Both the position numbers and the translations under genes were made by a program. From NCBI GenBank assembly GCA_965207225.1, contig CBDBLV010000005.1, positions 704,001-768,000 of the forward strand: a DNA stretch of 64,000 nt, read 5' to 3'. How positions within the stretch are numbered: position 1 is the first letter of the stretch; each line of letters starts with the position of its first letter. This DNA is from Dehalococcoidia bacterium. GTDB lineage: Bacteria; Chloroflexota; Dehalococcoidia; Plut-88900. The notes under the pieces are model-generated. The model made no database searches, was not told the origin of the DNA, and saw nothing but the letters and a program-made list of their open reading frames with translations. This document shows, in pieces, positions 1-15,145 of the stretch.

Positions 1-1999
1 CGAACGCGTCGACTTCATGGACGTGTCCCCCAAGCAGATCGTAAGCGTGTCCACCTCCCTGATTCCCTTCCTGGAACACGACGATGCCAACCGTGCTCTC
101 ATGGGCTCCAACATGCAAAGGCAGGCCGTCCCCCTCCTCCGCCCCGAGTCCCCCCTTATCGGTACAGGCATGGAGGCCTACGTCGCCAAGGACAGCGGCC
201 AGGTCTGCGTCGCCGCTGCTGATGGCATCGTCGTGTCCGTCTCCGGGGACGCCATCATGGTCAAGGAAGACGAAGGTGGCCTGCGGGAGTACTCACTTCT
301 CAAGTTCATGCGTAGCAACCAGGGCACCTGCATAAACCAGAGGCCCATTGTCCGCAAGGGCGACAAGGTGCGTCGCGGCCAGGTCCTCGCCGATAGCTCG
401 TCCACCGAGAGGGGAGAGCTCGCTCTCGGCCAGAATGTTCTCTGCGCCTTCATGAGTTGGGAGGGCTACAACTACGAAGACGCCATTGTCATCAGCGAAC
501 GAGTCGTCAGGGAGGACAAGTTCACCTCCATCCATATTGAAAAGCACGAAGTAGAGGCCCGGGACACCAAGCTCGGCCCCGAGGAGATTACCCAGGACAT
601 ACCCAACGTGGGTGAAGAAAGCCTCGCCGACCTCGACGAGGAAGGCATCATTAGGATCGGTGCCGTGGTCGGCCCCGGCGACATCCTGGTCGGCAAAATC
701 ACCCCCAAGGGTGAGACCGAGCTCACCGCCGAAGAAAAACTCCTCCGTGCAATCTTCGGCGAAAAGGCACGGGAGGTGAAGGACACCTGCCTCCGTGTCC
801 CCCACGGCGAACAGGGCAAAGTCATCGACGTTAAGAAATTTACCCGCGACGATAAAGACGAGCTGGCGCCCGGCGTTAACCAGATGGTTCGAGTCTGGGT
901 AGCCCACACCCGGAAGATCGCAGAGGGCGACAAAATGGCCGGACGCCACGGCAATAAGGGCGTCATAGCCGTCATCCTCCCCGAAGAAGAAATGCCCTTC
1001 CTCCCCGATGGCACCCCCATCGATATCGTCCTCAACCCCATCGGTGTCCCCTCCCGGATGAACCTCGGCCAGATCTTGGAGACCCACCTCGGTCTCGCCG
1101 CCCAGGCCCTCGGCTTCAAGGTCACCACACCTGTCTTCGACGGCGCCAGCGACACCTCAATCGAAGATGCCCTCTCCAAGATGTGGATCATCGACCGCGC
1201 TGAATCCTCCCTCTCCCATCCCGGAAACGGTGCCGGCCCCCAGAACGGACAGGTAGCTATCGATTGGCTGAATCAGAAAGGTTTCGACGGAGCTCAGGTC
1301 ATGGGCGATGACAGCCCTGGCTTGCCCAGAGAGGTCTGCTTGAAGCTCTGGTTCGAGGAACTGGGTGTCGATGTTTCGAACGCCGGCCCCGACGAGCTCA
1401 ATTCCAGGCTCACCCAGGCCATCTCCGACCAGGACCTCATACCCCCCTTCTTCGGCAAGACCCTCCTCCGGGACGGCCGCACCGGCGAACCCTTCGACCA
1501 GCCAATAACCGTTGGGCCCATCTACATGATGAAGCTTATACACCTGGTCGAGGACAAGATCCATGCCCGGTCCACGGGGCCCTACTCCCTCATCACCCAG
1601 CAGCCCCTAGGTGGTAAGGCCCAGTTCGGTGGACAGCGCTTCGGAGAGATGGAGGTGTGGGCCCTGGAGGCCTACAGCGCCGCCCATCTTCTCCAGGAAA
1701 TGCTGACCGTCAAGTCCGACGACGTTGCAGGTCGCGTCAAAACTTACGAATCCATAGTCAAGGGCGAGGACGTATTCCAGCCCGGCGTCCCCGAGTCCTT
1801 CAGGGTCCTCCAGAAAGAACTCCAGAGCCTTGGCCTCTCCGTCGAGCTCCTCAGCGAAGAAACCGAGGACTCCCTCCTCGATGACGGCCTGGACGAGTCC
1901 GAGGATGGCCTGTCCGGAGAGTTGGACATCATGGCCCAGCTCGGTCCCGATCCCGACGAATCAGACGCCGAACAGTCCGAACAAGAAGAGGTGTTATAG
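1..1999 (+). CDS. rpoB: DNA-directed RNA polymerase subunit beta, C-terminal part (5' end outside window)
   Basis: Motifs [42 protein letters not shown]; the frame is open from base 2. Confidence 0.99.
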   Translation, partial: ERVDFMDVSPKQIVSVSTSLIPFLEHDDANRALMGSNMQRQAVPLLRPESPLIGTGMEAYVAKDSGQVCVAAADGIVVSVSGDAIMVKEDEGGLREYSLLKFMRSNQGTCINQRPIVRKGDKVRRGQVLADSSSTERGELALGQNVLCAFMSWEGYNYEDAIVISERVVREDKFTSIHIEKHEVEARDTKLGPEEITQDIPNVGEESLADLDEEGIIRIGAVVGPGDILVGKITPKGETELTAEEKLLRAIFGEKAREVKDTCLRVPHGEQGKVIDVKKFTRDDKDELAPGVNQMVRVWVAHTRKIAEGDKMAGRHGNKGVIAVILPEEEMPFLPDGTPIDIVLNPIGVPSRMNLGQILETHLGLAAQALGFKVTTPVFDGASDTSIEDALSKMWIIDRAESSLSHPGNGAGPQNGQVAIDWLNQKGFDGAQVMGDDSPGLPREVCLKLWFEELGVDVSNAGPDELNSRLTQAISDQDLIPPFFGKTLLRDGRTGEPFDQPITVGPIYMMKLIHLVEDKIHARSTGPYSLITQQPLGGKAQFGGQRFGEMEVWALEAYSAAHLLQEMLTVKSDDVAGRVKTYESIVKGEDVFQPGVPESFRVLQKELQSLGLSVELLSEETEDSLLDDGLDESEDGLSGELDIMAQLGPDPDESDAEQSEQEEVL

Positions 2000-2002
2000 C
2001 CC

Positions 2003-6277
<4,275 letters not shown>

Positions 6278-7219
6278 ATGACAACAGCCGTAAAGAGGGA
6301 CCTTTCGGTCAACCTCGCTCCTCTGCATCCCGGCGGGCTGGTGATAACCAACCCCGTTATCGGTGCGTCGGGGACCGTTGCCTACGGCAAGGAGTTAGGA
6401 CAGGTCTCGGACCTTTCTCGGATTGGTGCCATAGTCTGCAAGGGCATCACCCGACGCCCCCGCCTCGGCAACCCCCAACCCCGCCTCGCCGAGACCGCAT
6501 CGGGCCTCCTTAATACCATCGGCCTTCAGAATGTCGGAGCAGAGGCCGCCGCAGAGGATCTCGCTCCTATCTGGGCAACCTGGCCCATAAAAGTCATCGC
6601 CAACATCTCTGGCGAGACCGCCGCCGAGTTCGGTGAAATCGCCCGCATCCTGGACGGCCGACCCGGCATCAGCGCCCTGGAAGTGAACATAGGCTGCCCC
6701 AACGTGGAACGCGGAGGTCTGGAATTCGGCGTCGACGCCCTTGCCGCCGCCCGAGTCACCCAAACCGTCAAAAAGTCCTCCTCCCTTCCCGTAATGGTCA
6801 AGCTGACCCCCAACGTCACCGATATCACTCAAATCTGCAGGGCCGTCGTAGACAGTGGCGCCGACTGCATCTCGCTTGTGAACACCTTTGTGGGCCTCTC
6901 CATAGACGTCCCCAGGCGCAGACCCGCCTTGAGCACGGTGACCGGCGGCCTATCGGGGCCCGCCATCAAGCCCTTGGCCCTTGCCATGGTCTACAAGGCT
7001 GCGGGCGCAGTGGACGTTCCCGTTATTGGAATGGGCGGCATCGCCAATGCCCAGGACGCCCTGGAGTTCATCATGGCAGGAGCAATGGCCGTGCAGGTCG
7101 GCACCGCCAATTTCACGAACCCCACGGCCTGCATCGAAGTCGCCGACGGCATCCGCAAGTTCATGGAGCGGGAAGGATTGGACATCCTCTCCACCATCGT
7201 TGGAGCCGCGAGGGTCTAG
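6278..7219 (+). CDS. pyrD: Dihydroorotate dehydrogenase, class 1B catalytic subunit
   Basis: GNPQPRLAET, N-x-IGLQN, EVNIGCPN (catalytic Cys), VKLTPNVT, GGLSGPAIKP. Confidence 0.95.
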   Translation: MTTAVKRDLSVNLAPLHPGGLVITNPVIGASGTVAYGKELGQVSDLSRIGAIVCKGITRRPRLGNPQPRLAETASGLLNTIGLQNVGAEAAAEDLAPIWATWPIKVIANISGETAAEFGEIARILDGRPGISALEVNIGCPNVERGGLEFGVDALAAARVTQTVKKSSSLPVMVKLTPNVTDITQICRAVVDSGADCISLVNTFVGLSIDVPRRRPALSTVTGGLSGPAIKPLALAMVYKAAGAVDVPVIGMGGIANAQDALEFIMAGAMAVQVGTANFTNPTACIEVADGIRKFMEREGLDILSTIVGAARV

Positions 7220-7340
7220 ACTTCTCAGTCCCGAAACGGCCTTTATCTCCCATGGCTTTGTGATAGAATTATTGACACTTTCATGTTGAATACCCGGCTC
7301 TCGACTCATTCCGACTGAAAGGCTTCAAGGAGGGGCAAAG

Positions 7341-8222
7341 ATGGACAAGGGGACTTGGAAAGTTAAGGCAGGGCTCGCCCAGATGCTCAAGGGTGGCGTT
7401 ATCATGGATGTCGTCACTCCCGAGCAGGCGAAAATCGCCGAGGACGCCGGCGCATGTGCCGTTATGGCTCTCGAACGGGTCCCCGCCGACATCCGGAAGG
7501 ACGGCGGCGTCGCTAGGATGTCGGACCCCAGGATAATCAAGGACATCAAGGATGCTGTAACTATCCCAGTCATGGCCAAGTGCCGTATCGGCCACTTCGC
7601 CGAAGCCCAGGTCCTTGAAGCCATCGCCATCGACTATATCGACGAGTCTGAAGTCCTCACCCCCGCCGATGAGAAGCACCACGTCTGGAAGCACAACTTC
7701 CGCGTCCCCTTCGTCTGCGGCTGCCGTAACCTCGGCGAGGCCCTTCGCCGCATCGACGAAGGCGCCGCCATGATCAGGACCAAGGGTGAGGCCGGCACCG
7801 GTGACATCGTAGAGGCGGTCAAACACCTCCGTTCCGTCCTAGGCGGCATTGACCAACTACGTGAACTGGACGATGACCAGCTCACCGTTGCCGCCGAGGA
7901 GATGCGTGCCTCCCGAGAACTTGTCGCCGAGGTCCGGGAAACCGGCAAGCTCCCCGTCGTCAACTTCTGCGCCGGTGGTGTCGCCACCCCCGCCGATGCC
8001 GCCCTCGTAATGCAGCTCGGTGCAGAAGGCGTCTTCGTCGGCTCCGGTATCTTCAAGTCGGAAGACCCCGCCCCTCGCGCCAGGGCCATTGTCGAAGCCA
8101 CCACTCACTACCAGGACCCCGATATCGTAGCCCGCGTCTCCGAAGGCCTCGGCGAACCCATGAGGGGAATGTCCGCCAAAGACCTCCCCCCCGAGGCTCT
8201 CCTGGCTTCCAGGGGCTGGTAG
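7341..8222 (+). CDS. pdxS: Pyridoxal 5'-phosphate synthase lyase subunit
   Basis: [36 protein letters not shown]-terminal RGW; SD AGGAGG upstream. Confidence 0.98.
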   Translation: MDKGTWKVKAGLAQMLKGGVIMDVVTPEQAKIAEDAGACAVMALERVPADIRKDGGVARMSDPRIIKDIKDAVTIPVMAKCRIGHFAEAQVLEAIAIDYIDESEVLTPADEKHHVWKHNFRVPFVCGCRNLGEALRRIDEGAAMIRTKGEAGTGDIVEAVKHLRSVLGGIDQLRELDDDQLTVAAEEMRASRELVAEVRETGKLPVVNFCAGGVATPADAALVMQLGAEGVFVGSGIFKSEDPAPRARAIVEATTHYQDPDIVARVSEGLGEPMRGMSAKDLPPEALLASRGW

Positions 8223-8246
8223 CCACACGGAGGTGTTCCTTCTCGT

Positions 8247-8822
8247 ATGGAGAAGGTAGGAGTCCTGGCTATCCAGGGAGACTTCGCCGAGCACTGTAAG
8301 ATTTTCAGGGACTTGGGTGTCCAGGCCCCCGAAATCCGGTTGCCCGACCAGCTTGACGATGTCGATGCCCTCGTCATCCCCGGCGGTGAAAGCACCACCA
8401 TCACCAAGCTCATGGATATCTATGGCTTGGTGGACCCAATCAAGCGGTTCGTACGGTCGGGCAGACCGCTGTGGGGCACCTGCGCTGGTATGATCGTCTC
8501 CTCCCGCCACGTCGTCGGAGATGTCTTGGTACCTATGGACCTCATAGACCTGGACGTCAGGAGAAACGCCTTTGGCTCCCAGATCGACAGCTTCGAAGCA
8601 GACTTGCCCGTACCTGCCATCGGAGACCCTCCCTTCCACGCCGTTTTCATCCGCGCCCCGTGGATCGAAAGAATGGGCCCTGATGTCGAGCTTATCTCCA
8701 GTCTGAATGATGGCACTCCCGTCGCAGCTCGCCAGGACAACGTCATGGTTACCTCCTTCCACCCTGAACTCACTGAAGACACCCGGTTCCACAACATGTT
8801 CCTGCAAATGGGCCAAGGTTGA
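8247..8822 (+). CDS. pdxT: Pyridoxal 5'-phosphate synthase glutaminase subunit
   Basis: GVLAIQG, PGGESTT, GTCAG, RNAFGSQ, FIRAP, SFHPE triad motifs; follows pdxS. Confidence 0.97.
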   Translation: MEKVGVLAIQGDFAEHCKIFRDLGVQAPEIRLPDQLDDVDALVIPGGESTTITKLMDIYGLVDPIKRFVRSGRPLWGTCAGMIVSSRHVVGDVLVPMDLIDLDVRRNAFGSQIDSFEADLPVPAIGDPPFHAVFIRAPWIERMGPDVELISSLNDGTPVAARQDNVMVTSFHPELTEDTRFHNMFLQMGQG

Positions 8823-8873
8823 AGGGAGCTTCTCAGCGCGAGAGCACTCAGAATACCGTCGATTCCGGGGAAG

Positions 8874-9809
8874 ATGATAAGGACTTTCAACCCGTTCGAT
8901 CTCATCAGGCTGGCTATCTCCGGCATTGGTAACCTGCAGAATCTGGCCAAGCCTCACAGGGAGTTGGATCCTGTCCGGTTTCGGGTTATGGACCTTGTTT
9001 CCATCAAGCCGCTGCTGGGATTGGCGCCTCGCAGATATGCCTATGTGCAGACTAGAGGATTGAAGATAAGGGGAGTCGCCCTCGCTCAACACCTGAGGGG
9101 CTCTACGATCTGGGAGGTCATCATCCTCGCCGCCCCCCCCGACTCCCGAAACTCCATAATGGATCTGCTCAACGGCCTGACACTGGGCGCAGGGCAGAAA
9201 GGCGTAGACCGCCTTTTCTTGAGAATTGTGGGCGCCAGCCCTTGCCGTGACGGCGTTAGCGCCGCTGGATTCTCATTCTACCTCCAGGAATACCTATACC
9301 GGCGTAACATCCGGAACACCTCCTCCACCGAGCCTGGCGTTCCCGGCCTTGCATTGCAGCCCGTGACCAGGGGCAATGAATTCAGCGTCTACCAGATCTA
9401 CAACGCCGTCTTTCCCTATCATGTTCGCGAGGTCGAGGGACAGACCCTGGAGTACTGGAAACAGACCCGAGACCGCAATTGGCAAGGTCGCAATGCTGGC
9501 CAGTTCCTGGTCCTCCACCATGGTCAGGTCGTCGGCTGGGTCGGCACCCGGGAGCAGGGACGGTTTGGCTATTTCAATGTCATGATAAGGCCCGGGTCTC
9601 CGGTCTCCTTCGAAGATGTGCTGCCCATGGTCGAAAGCCGCCTGTCCCACTTGGACACCTTGTTATGCCTCGCCTCGGAATTCGCAAACTCCTTGATGGT
9701 CGCTATGGAGGCTCGCGGCTATACTTTAGTTGAGGAGTACTCTAGGGCCGTGCGACGAGTCACCGCCCGGATTAAGAGGCCGTCCCTGGTCCCTATAGGT
9801 GCCGAATAG
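8874..9809 (+). CDS. Hypothetical protein, probable degenerate tandem GNAT-fold
   Basis: 311-aa co-oriented ORF with two halves ending in GF/GY-like motifs (SAAGF, EARGY), as in GNAT repeats; weak signal. Confidence 0.55.
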   Translation: MIRTFNPFDLIRLAISGIGNLQNLAKPHRELDPVRFRVMDLVSIKPLLGLAPRRYAYVQTRGLKIRGVALAQHLRGSTIWEVIILAAPPDSRNSIMDLLNGLTLGAGQKGVDRLFLRIVGASPCRDGVSAAGFSFYLQEYLYRRNIRNTSSTEPGVPGLALQPVTRGNEFSVYQIYNAVFPYHVREVEGQTLEYWKQTRDRNWQGRNAGQFLVLHHGQVVGWVGTREQGRFGYFNVMIRPGSPVSFEDVLPMVESRLSHLDTLLCLASEFANSLMVAMEARGYTLVEEYSRAVRRVTARIKRPSLVPIGAE

Positions 9810-9822
9810 CAAACACTAAGGG

Positions 9823-11382
9823 ATGACTGTGCTAGACAAGCAAATCACCGATGACCTGGAAGCGCTGCTTGAAGCCCTTCCCCCCCACCTCCAGCGACCC
9901 CTCCGGCTAAGGCCCGACTCCAAAGACCTCTTGGAAGTGGTTATGGACCTGGGTCGCAAACCGGAGGCTCGTTTCCCCACCGGTGAGGTCTGCCTCTGCG
10001 ACTCTGAGGTCTCGGATGACGACCTTGACTACGTCGTCCAGCGCATCGGCAGCTTCGGTGATGACAACCGCGCCGGCATCGAAAGGACCCTCCACCGCAT
10101 CTCCGCCCTCAGAAACCGCAAGGGCAAGATAGTGGGCCTTACCTGCCGGGTCGGCAGAGCCGTATACGGCACGATTACCATCATCGAAGACCTGGTCAAA
10201 TCTGGGAAGAGCATTCTTCTCCTTGGAAGGCCCGGCGTCGGCAAGACTACCATGCTTCGCGAAGTCGCCCGGGTCCTCGCCGACGGCATGCGTAAACGCG
10301 TCGTCATCGTCGACACCTCCAACGAGATCGCCGGAGACGGTGACATTCCCCATCCTGCCATCGGCCGCGCCCGACGCCTCCAGGTTCCCACCCCCACCCT
10401 CCAGCACGCCGTCATGATCGAAGCGGTGGAAAACCACATGCCCCAGGTCATCATCATTGACGAAATCGGCACCGAGCTTGAGGCCACAGCCGCCCGAACT
10501 ATAGGAGAACGGGGAGTCCAGCTTGTGGCCACCGCCCATGGCAACAACCTCGACAACCTCATCCTGAACCCGACCCTCTCTGACCTCATCGGTGGCATCC
10601 AGTCCGTGACCCTCGGCGATGACGAAGCCCGCCGCAGAGGGACTCAGAAGTCCATCTTGGAACGCAAAGCCCCCCCGACCTTCGACATTATCGTCGAAAT
10701 CCAAAGTTGGGAAAAAGTCGCCGTCCACCCTGATGTTGCCGCCACCGTAGACTCCACCCTCCGCCAACGGCCCGCCGCCCCCGAAGAACGTTGGCTTGAA
10801 GAAGACGGGGCCGTCGGCAAGAAAGCCGCCGTCCGCGCCGAAGCCCCTGCCCCCTCCCAGTCCCCCGAACGAAAGCCTAGGGCCCTCGCCGGAATCTCTC
10901 GCATTTATTCCTTTGGCGTCAATCGCGGACGTCTGGAAAGCGTCATTAAGAAGCTCAAGCTACCCGTAAGCTTGGTGGAGGGCTTCCGTGACGCTGATGT
11001 TGTGATAACCACTAAGACCTACTACCGCAAGAGGCCCCAGGCCCTCAGAGCCGCCGAGGCTGAGGGTGTCCCCATCTTCGTATTGCGCCGCAGCAGCGTC
11101 ACCCAGATTGAACAATACCTGATGTCCGTATTCGGCCTCGAAAAGCAGGGAGACGGAATCAATGCCGCTATCAGGGAGGCAGAGGACGCGGTCCGAATGA
11201 TCGAGACCGGAGAGGAGACCGTGGCCCTCAGCCCCCAGAGTAGCTTCATCCGCCGCCTACAGCATCAGACCGCCGAGCGCTCCAATCTCTCATCCTACAG
11301 CGTTGGCACTGACCCTTGGCGCCACGTCAACATCTCTCGATCCGGCAGCGTGCCGTCCAGGAGAAACCCGGCCCCCTATTAG
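9823..11382 (+). CDS. Ycf45/SpoIIIAA-like AAA ATPase with C-terminal R3H domain
   Basis: Walker [17 protein letters not shown], Walker B IIIDEIG, ATAHG; R3H motif RRLQH near the C-terminus. Confidence 0.9.
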   Translation: MTVLDKQITDDLEALLEALPPHLQRPLRLRPDSKDLLEVVMDLGRKPEARFPTGEVCLCDSEVSDDDLDYVVQRIGSFGDDNRAGIERTLHRISALRNRKGKIVGLTCRVGRAVYGTITIIEDLVKSGKSILLLGRPGVGKTTMLREVARVLADGMRKRVVIVDTSNEIAGDGDIPHPAIGRARRLQVPTPTLQHAVMIEAVENHMPQVIIIDEIGTELEATAARTIGERGVQLVATAHGNNLDNLILNPTLSDLIGGIQSVTLGDDEARRRGTQKSILERKAPPTFDIIVEIQSWEKVAVHPDVAATVDSTLRQRPAAPEERWLEEDGAVGKKAAVRAEAPAPSQSPERKPRALAGISRIYSFGVNRGRLESVIKKLKLPVSLVEGFRDADVVITTKTYYRKRPQALRAAEAEGVPIFVLRRSSVTQIEQYLMSVFGLEKQGDGINAAIREAEDAVRMIETGEETVALSPQSSFIRRLQHQTAERSNLSSYSVGTDPWRHVNISRSGSVPSRRNPAPY

Positions 11383-11399
11383 GCAGGCTGTCACATCTA

Positions 11400-12137
11400 A
11401 TGAGACTGTTCATCTCTTTCGAAGGGGGGGAAGCCACGGGCAAGTCGCTTCAAGCGCGACTGCTTCTTGGCCGCCTCCAGCGCATGGGATACAAGTGCTT
11501 CGCTGCCAGCGAGCCCGGAGGGACGCGGCTCGGCGAGTTTTTGAGGCCATTTATCAAGGGCGAGACAAGCCTTACTCCCGTCTCGGAACTGTTCTTGTTC
11601 TCCGCCTCTAGGGCTCAATTGGTTCACACTCACATCGAACCGAAGTTGCAGGAAGGGACCATCGTTATAGTTGACCGCTACATTGATTCCACCTTGGCCT
11701 ATCAGGGTTACGGATATGAGGACACCAGGGGTCGTCCCACACTCGAACAGATCCAGGCAATGAACGCTATCGCTGCCAAGCACATCATGCCTGACCTTAC
11801 CATCCTGCTTGACATGGACCCTGGTGAAGCCCTGTCCCGGAGGATGCTTCAACTCTCCTTTGGTAGTGGCGAAGAACCGGCCATGACCAAACCGCGGATA
11901 TATGACGAAGGGCAGAGCAAATTCGAAAACAAGGCAATGGCGTTTCACAAAAGAGTCCGCGATGGCTACCTGAGGCTGGCAAGGAGAGAGCCTGAAAGAT
12001 GGTTCGTCATTGATGCCCGTCAATCGATAGACGCCATTGAGATGACTATTTGGAACAAGGTAAAGCTTCTGATAGATGACAAAACCACAGACGAGCGCGA
12101 AAGCCAGAAAAATCTGGAGAATAGAAGGCTAATCTGA
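11400..12137 (+). CDS. tmk: Thymidylate kinase (start moved to ATG 11400)
   Basis: FISFEGGEATGKS P-loop, EPGGT, DRYIDSTLAYQG, PDLTILLD. Confidence 0.95.
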   Translation: MRLFISFEGGEATGKSLQARLLLGRLQRMGYKCFAASEPGGTRLGEFLRPFIKGETSLTPVSELFLFSASRAQLVHTHIEPKLQEGTIVIVDRYIDSTLAYQGYGYEDTRGRPTLEQIQAMNAIAAKHIMPDLTILLDMDPGEALSRRMLQLSFGSGEEPAMTKPRIYDEGQSKFENKAMAFHKRVRDGYLRLARREPERWFVIDARQSIDAIEMTIWNKVKLLIDDKTTDERESQKNLENRRLI

Positions 12138-12196
12138 GCCCTGGCAATAGACCAAGAAAAAAAGCGGCCAGGATCGATTCACCTCGGATTCGTTCC

Positions 12197-12439
12197 TTGG
12201 GCCCCTTCCTTCACCCCAATTTTGAACTCGCCATCTGGGCCCTCGCCGGCCTTGTGATAGGTGTCGCCCTCGGCGTTACAACTGTCGTTGCTATCATCAT
12301 TACAGTTCTCGTACTCGCAGCCATCGCCCGACTCTACTTCGAAAGGACCGAGAGAAGCATCCGACCAAGCATTGGCATGGTCCCCGTCTTCATCGGCTGC
12401 TACGGCATCGGCCTGTTCATCAAGGCCCTGATTAGCTGA
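12197..12439 (+). CDS. Small hypothetical membrane protein
   Basis: 80 aa, 2-3 hydrophobic segments, host-like codon usage, TTG start. Confidence 0.55.
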   Translation: MGPFLHPNFELAIWALAGLVIGVALGVTTVVAIIITVLVLAAIARLYFERTERSIRPSIGMVPVFIGCYGIGLFIKALIS

Positions 12440-12480
12440 CTATTCCCGGAGCGCCCGGCCTCATCAATGCTCCTCTTTCC

Positions 12481-12510
12481 TTGACGTTCAACCCTCCTCA
12501 TTGGTATATT
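12481..12510 (+). promoter_or_regulatory. sigma70-type promoter of the nuo operon
   Basis: TTGACG-N18-TATATT with TGn extended -10, ~125 nt before nuoA. Confidence 0.6.
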
Positions 12511-12637
12511 TCAGACCGATTCCGCTTCTCGTACGGACGGTTTATCTGCCCCGGGCTGACACCTCTGGAAACGGCTCTGAGCGCGAGGAAATGACACCGA
12601 CTCCCGCTCCCGGGCCCTCGATACCGAAATAAGGCAA

Positions 12638-13006
12638 GTGCCGGAACAATACTCCCTCGAATACACCGCAGTCCTCATCGCCGTTATAGCAGGGACTTTG
12701 ATGGTGCTATTCGGTTTCCTCGCCTCCATGCTTCTCTCCCCGAAGAGCAAGTCCGAGGCCAAGGACACCCCCTACGAATGCGGCATTCCCCCCGTTGGCC
12801 GCTTCTGGTCCCAGATCCACATCCGCTACTACATCTTCGCCATCCTCTTCCTAATCTTCGATGTCGAGGCCGCCTTCCTCTTTCCTTGGGCGGTCATCTT
12901 CAAGACTAACGGCCCCATCATCTTCTACGAAATGATGCTCTTCATCGCCATCTTGCTCTTTGGCCTGCTATATAGCTGGCGCAAGGGGATGCTCCGATGG
13001 AAGTAA
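12638..13006 (+). CDS. nuoA: NADH-quinone oxidoreductase subunit A
   Basis: PYECG, FLIFDVE, FPWAV, WRKG. Confidence 0.97.
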   Translation: MPEQYSLEYTAVLIAVIAGTLMVLFGFLASMLLSPKSKSEAKDTPYECGIPPVGRFWSQIHIRYYIFAILFLIFDVEAAFLFPWAVIFKTNGPIIFYEMMLFIAILLFGLLYSWRKGMLRWK

Positions 13007-13515
13007 CCCCCGGCGCCCGACGCAACTGGCCCGGGAAGAGCCTTTTCAAGTCCGCCGCGCCCGGCGTGATCACCGCCAAGGCCGACCAGATCTTCGCTAT
13101 GGCCCGTAAATCCTCCCTCTGGCCCCTGCAGTTCGGCCTCGCCTGCTGCGCCATCGAAATGATAAGCACCTTCATGTCCCACCATGACCTGGACAGGTTC
13201 GGCATAGTCCCGTGGCCCTCCCCTAGGCAATCGGACCTCATGATCGTTGCCGGCACCGTAGTCAAGAAGATGGAAGACCCCATCAAGCTCCTCTACGAAC
13301 AGATGCCCTCCCCGAAATGGGTCATTGCCATGGGTAGCTGCGCCAGTGCTGGGGGCCCTTACCAGAAGTCCTACTCCGTCGTAATGGGCGTAGACAAGAT
13401 CATCCCTGTGGATGTCTATGTCCCCGGCTGTCCCCCTCGCCCCGAGGCCCTTATGGACGGCATCATCAAACTCCAGGAAAAGATCATGCGTGAACGTGGG
13501 GAGGCCGGGACTTAG
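12997..13515 (+). CDS. nuoB: NADH-quinone oxidoreductase subunit B
   Basis: [29 protein letters not shown]. Confidence 0.97.
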   Translation: MEVTPGARRNWPGKSLFKSAAPGVITAKADQIFAMARKSSLWPLQFGLACCAIEMISTFMSHHDLDRFGIVPWPSPRQSDLMIVAGTVVKKMEDPIKLLYEQMPSPKWVIAMGSCASAGGPYQKSYSVVMGVDKIIPVDVYVPGCPPRPEALMDGIIKLQEKIMRERGEAGT

Positions 13516-13517
13516 CA

Positions 13518-14036
13518 ATGCCGCCGAAAGGCAAAAAGGGTCCCCCACCTCCTCCCCCAGACCCTAGGGCGCTCGCAATCTTGGAGCTTCTGAAAGAAGT
13601 CTTTCCCGAGTCGGAGCCCGTCCTCAACCTCAACCAGGTCGAAATGCCCATTGCCCCCAACGATGCCGGACGCATCTGCCTTGCCGCTAAGCAAGACCCG
13701 AGGCTTAGCTTCGACCTTCTCGGTTGCCAGTCCCTCGTCGAATACGACGAGACCTTTCAGACTGTGTACCACCTGTATTCCACGGCCCTGAAGCACAGCG
13801 CTGTATTCAAAGCCGACGCCCGCAAAGACAACCCCATATTCGACTCAGTATCCTCGGTATGGCGTGCTGCCGAATGGTTCGAACGCGAAAACGCTGAGCT
13901 TTTCGGCGTTGTCTATACCGGCCACCCCGACCCCCGACCCCTCCTCCTCTGGGAAGGCTTCGAAGGATTTCCCGGCCGCAAGGAATACCCCTTCTCCGAA
14001 ATCCAGATCCCCGACGACATCAAGGTGCCACAGTGA
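13518..14036 (+). CDS. nuoC: NADH-quinone oxidoreductase subunit C
   Basis: WFERENAELFG, GHPDPRPLL, FPGRKEYP; position in operon. Confidence 0.93.
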   Translation: MPPKGKKGPPPPPPDPRALAILELLKEVFPESEPVLNLNQVEMPIAPNDAGRICLAAKQDPRLSFDLLGCQSLVEYDETFQTVYHLYSTALKHSAVFKADARKDNPIFDSVSSVWRAAEWFERENAELFGVVYTGHPDPRPLLLWEGFEGFPGRKEYPFSEIQIPDDIKVPQ

Positions 14037-15145
14037 CCATCGACCAATCCCTCGACACCGTCGACATGATGCTCAACATGGGGCCCCAGCACCCCAGCAC
14101 CCATGGTGTCTTCCGCATGGTCCTCACCGTCGACGGAGAGAACATCGTCGACGTCCAACCCCATATAGGCTATCTCCACCGGGGCTCGGAAAAGCTCTGC
14201 GAGGCTGAGGACTACCGCCAGATAGTCGACCTCTTCGACAGACTCGACTACGTATCCTCCTTCAACAACGAGCTCCCTTACGTCATGGCCGTCGAAAAAC
14301 TGATGGGACTTGAAGTCCCCGAACGTGCCCAGTACATCCGCCTCGTAATGTGCGAACTGAATCGCATAGCCAGCCACCTCCTCTTCTACGGCGCCTTCGG
14401 CGCTGACTGCGGAGCCGTCACCCCCTTCCTCTATGGCTTCCGCGAGCGCGAGCAGATGCAGTCCCTCTTCGAGTCCGTCAGCGGCGCCCGGATGATGCAC
14501 GGCTACTTCCGTGTCGGCGGCGTTTTCCGAGATCTCCCAGATGACTTTAACCAGCGCCTTGACTCCCTCCTCCCCATGCTCGAAAAAGGCATCACCGAGT
14601 GCGAAGCCCTCCTCTCCAAGAACGAGCTTTTCCTTGAACGCACCCTCGGCGTAGGCGTCATTGACGCAGAGACCGCCATCGACTTTGGCGTCACAGGCCC
14701 CAACCTCCGTGCCTCCGGCTCGACCTACGATCTGCGCAAAGACGACCCCTACCTCATGTACCCCGACTTCGACTTCAACGTCCCTATAGGCGCCTCCGGA
14801 GACTGCTTCGACCGCTACATGGTCCGCATGGAGGAAATGTGGGAGTCCCTCAAGATAGTTAAGCAGGCCGTGGCCCGGATACCCCGGGGGCCCATCATGG
14901 CCAAGACCCCCCGCACCCTCCGTCCCCCCAAGGGAGACGTCTACGTCCGCACGGAAAACCCCCGAGGTGAGATGGGCGTCTACCTTGTCAGCGACGGCAA
15001 GGACAAGCCCCACCGCATAAAGATGAGGACCCCTTCCTTCTGCAACCTTGTAGCCCTTCGGCACATGCTCATCGGCTCCTACGTCGCCGACGCTGTGGTC
15101 ATCCTCGGCTCCATAGACATTGTCTTGGGAGACGTTGACCGTTGA
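14033..15145 (+). CDS. nuoD: NADH-quinone oxidoreductase subunit D
   Basis: NMGPQHPSTHGV, GYLHRG, DRLDY, ENPRGE, DIVLGDVDR; no hydrogenase CxxC motifs. Confidence 0.97.
   Translation: MTIDQSLDTVDMMLNMGPQHPSTHGVFRMVLTVDGENIVDVQPHIGYLHRGSEKLCEAEDYRQIVDLFDRLDYVSSFNNELPYVMAVEKLMGLEVPERAQYIRLVMCELNRIASHLLFYGAFGADCGAVTPFLYGFREREQMQSLFESVSGARMMHGYFRVGGVFRDLPDDFNQRLDSLLPMLEKGITECEALLSKNELFLERTLGVGVIDAETAIDFGVTGPNLRASGSTYDLRKDDPYLMYPDFDFNVPIGASGDCFDRYMVRMEEMWESLKIVKQAVARIPRGPIMAKTPRTLRPPKGDVYVRTENPRGEMGVYLVSDGKDKPHRIKMRTPSFCNLVALRHMLIGSYVADAVVILGSIDIVLGDVDR

Noticed and set aside
12515-12637. Glycine riboswitch in the nuo leader (CTCTGGAAAC)
   Set aside because: Other conserved elements (CCGAAG, CTCTCAGG) are absent.
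14033-15145. Group 4 NiFe hydrogenase large subunit
   Set aside because: No Ni-binding CxxC motifs; the C-terminus is the NuoD-type GDVDR.
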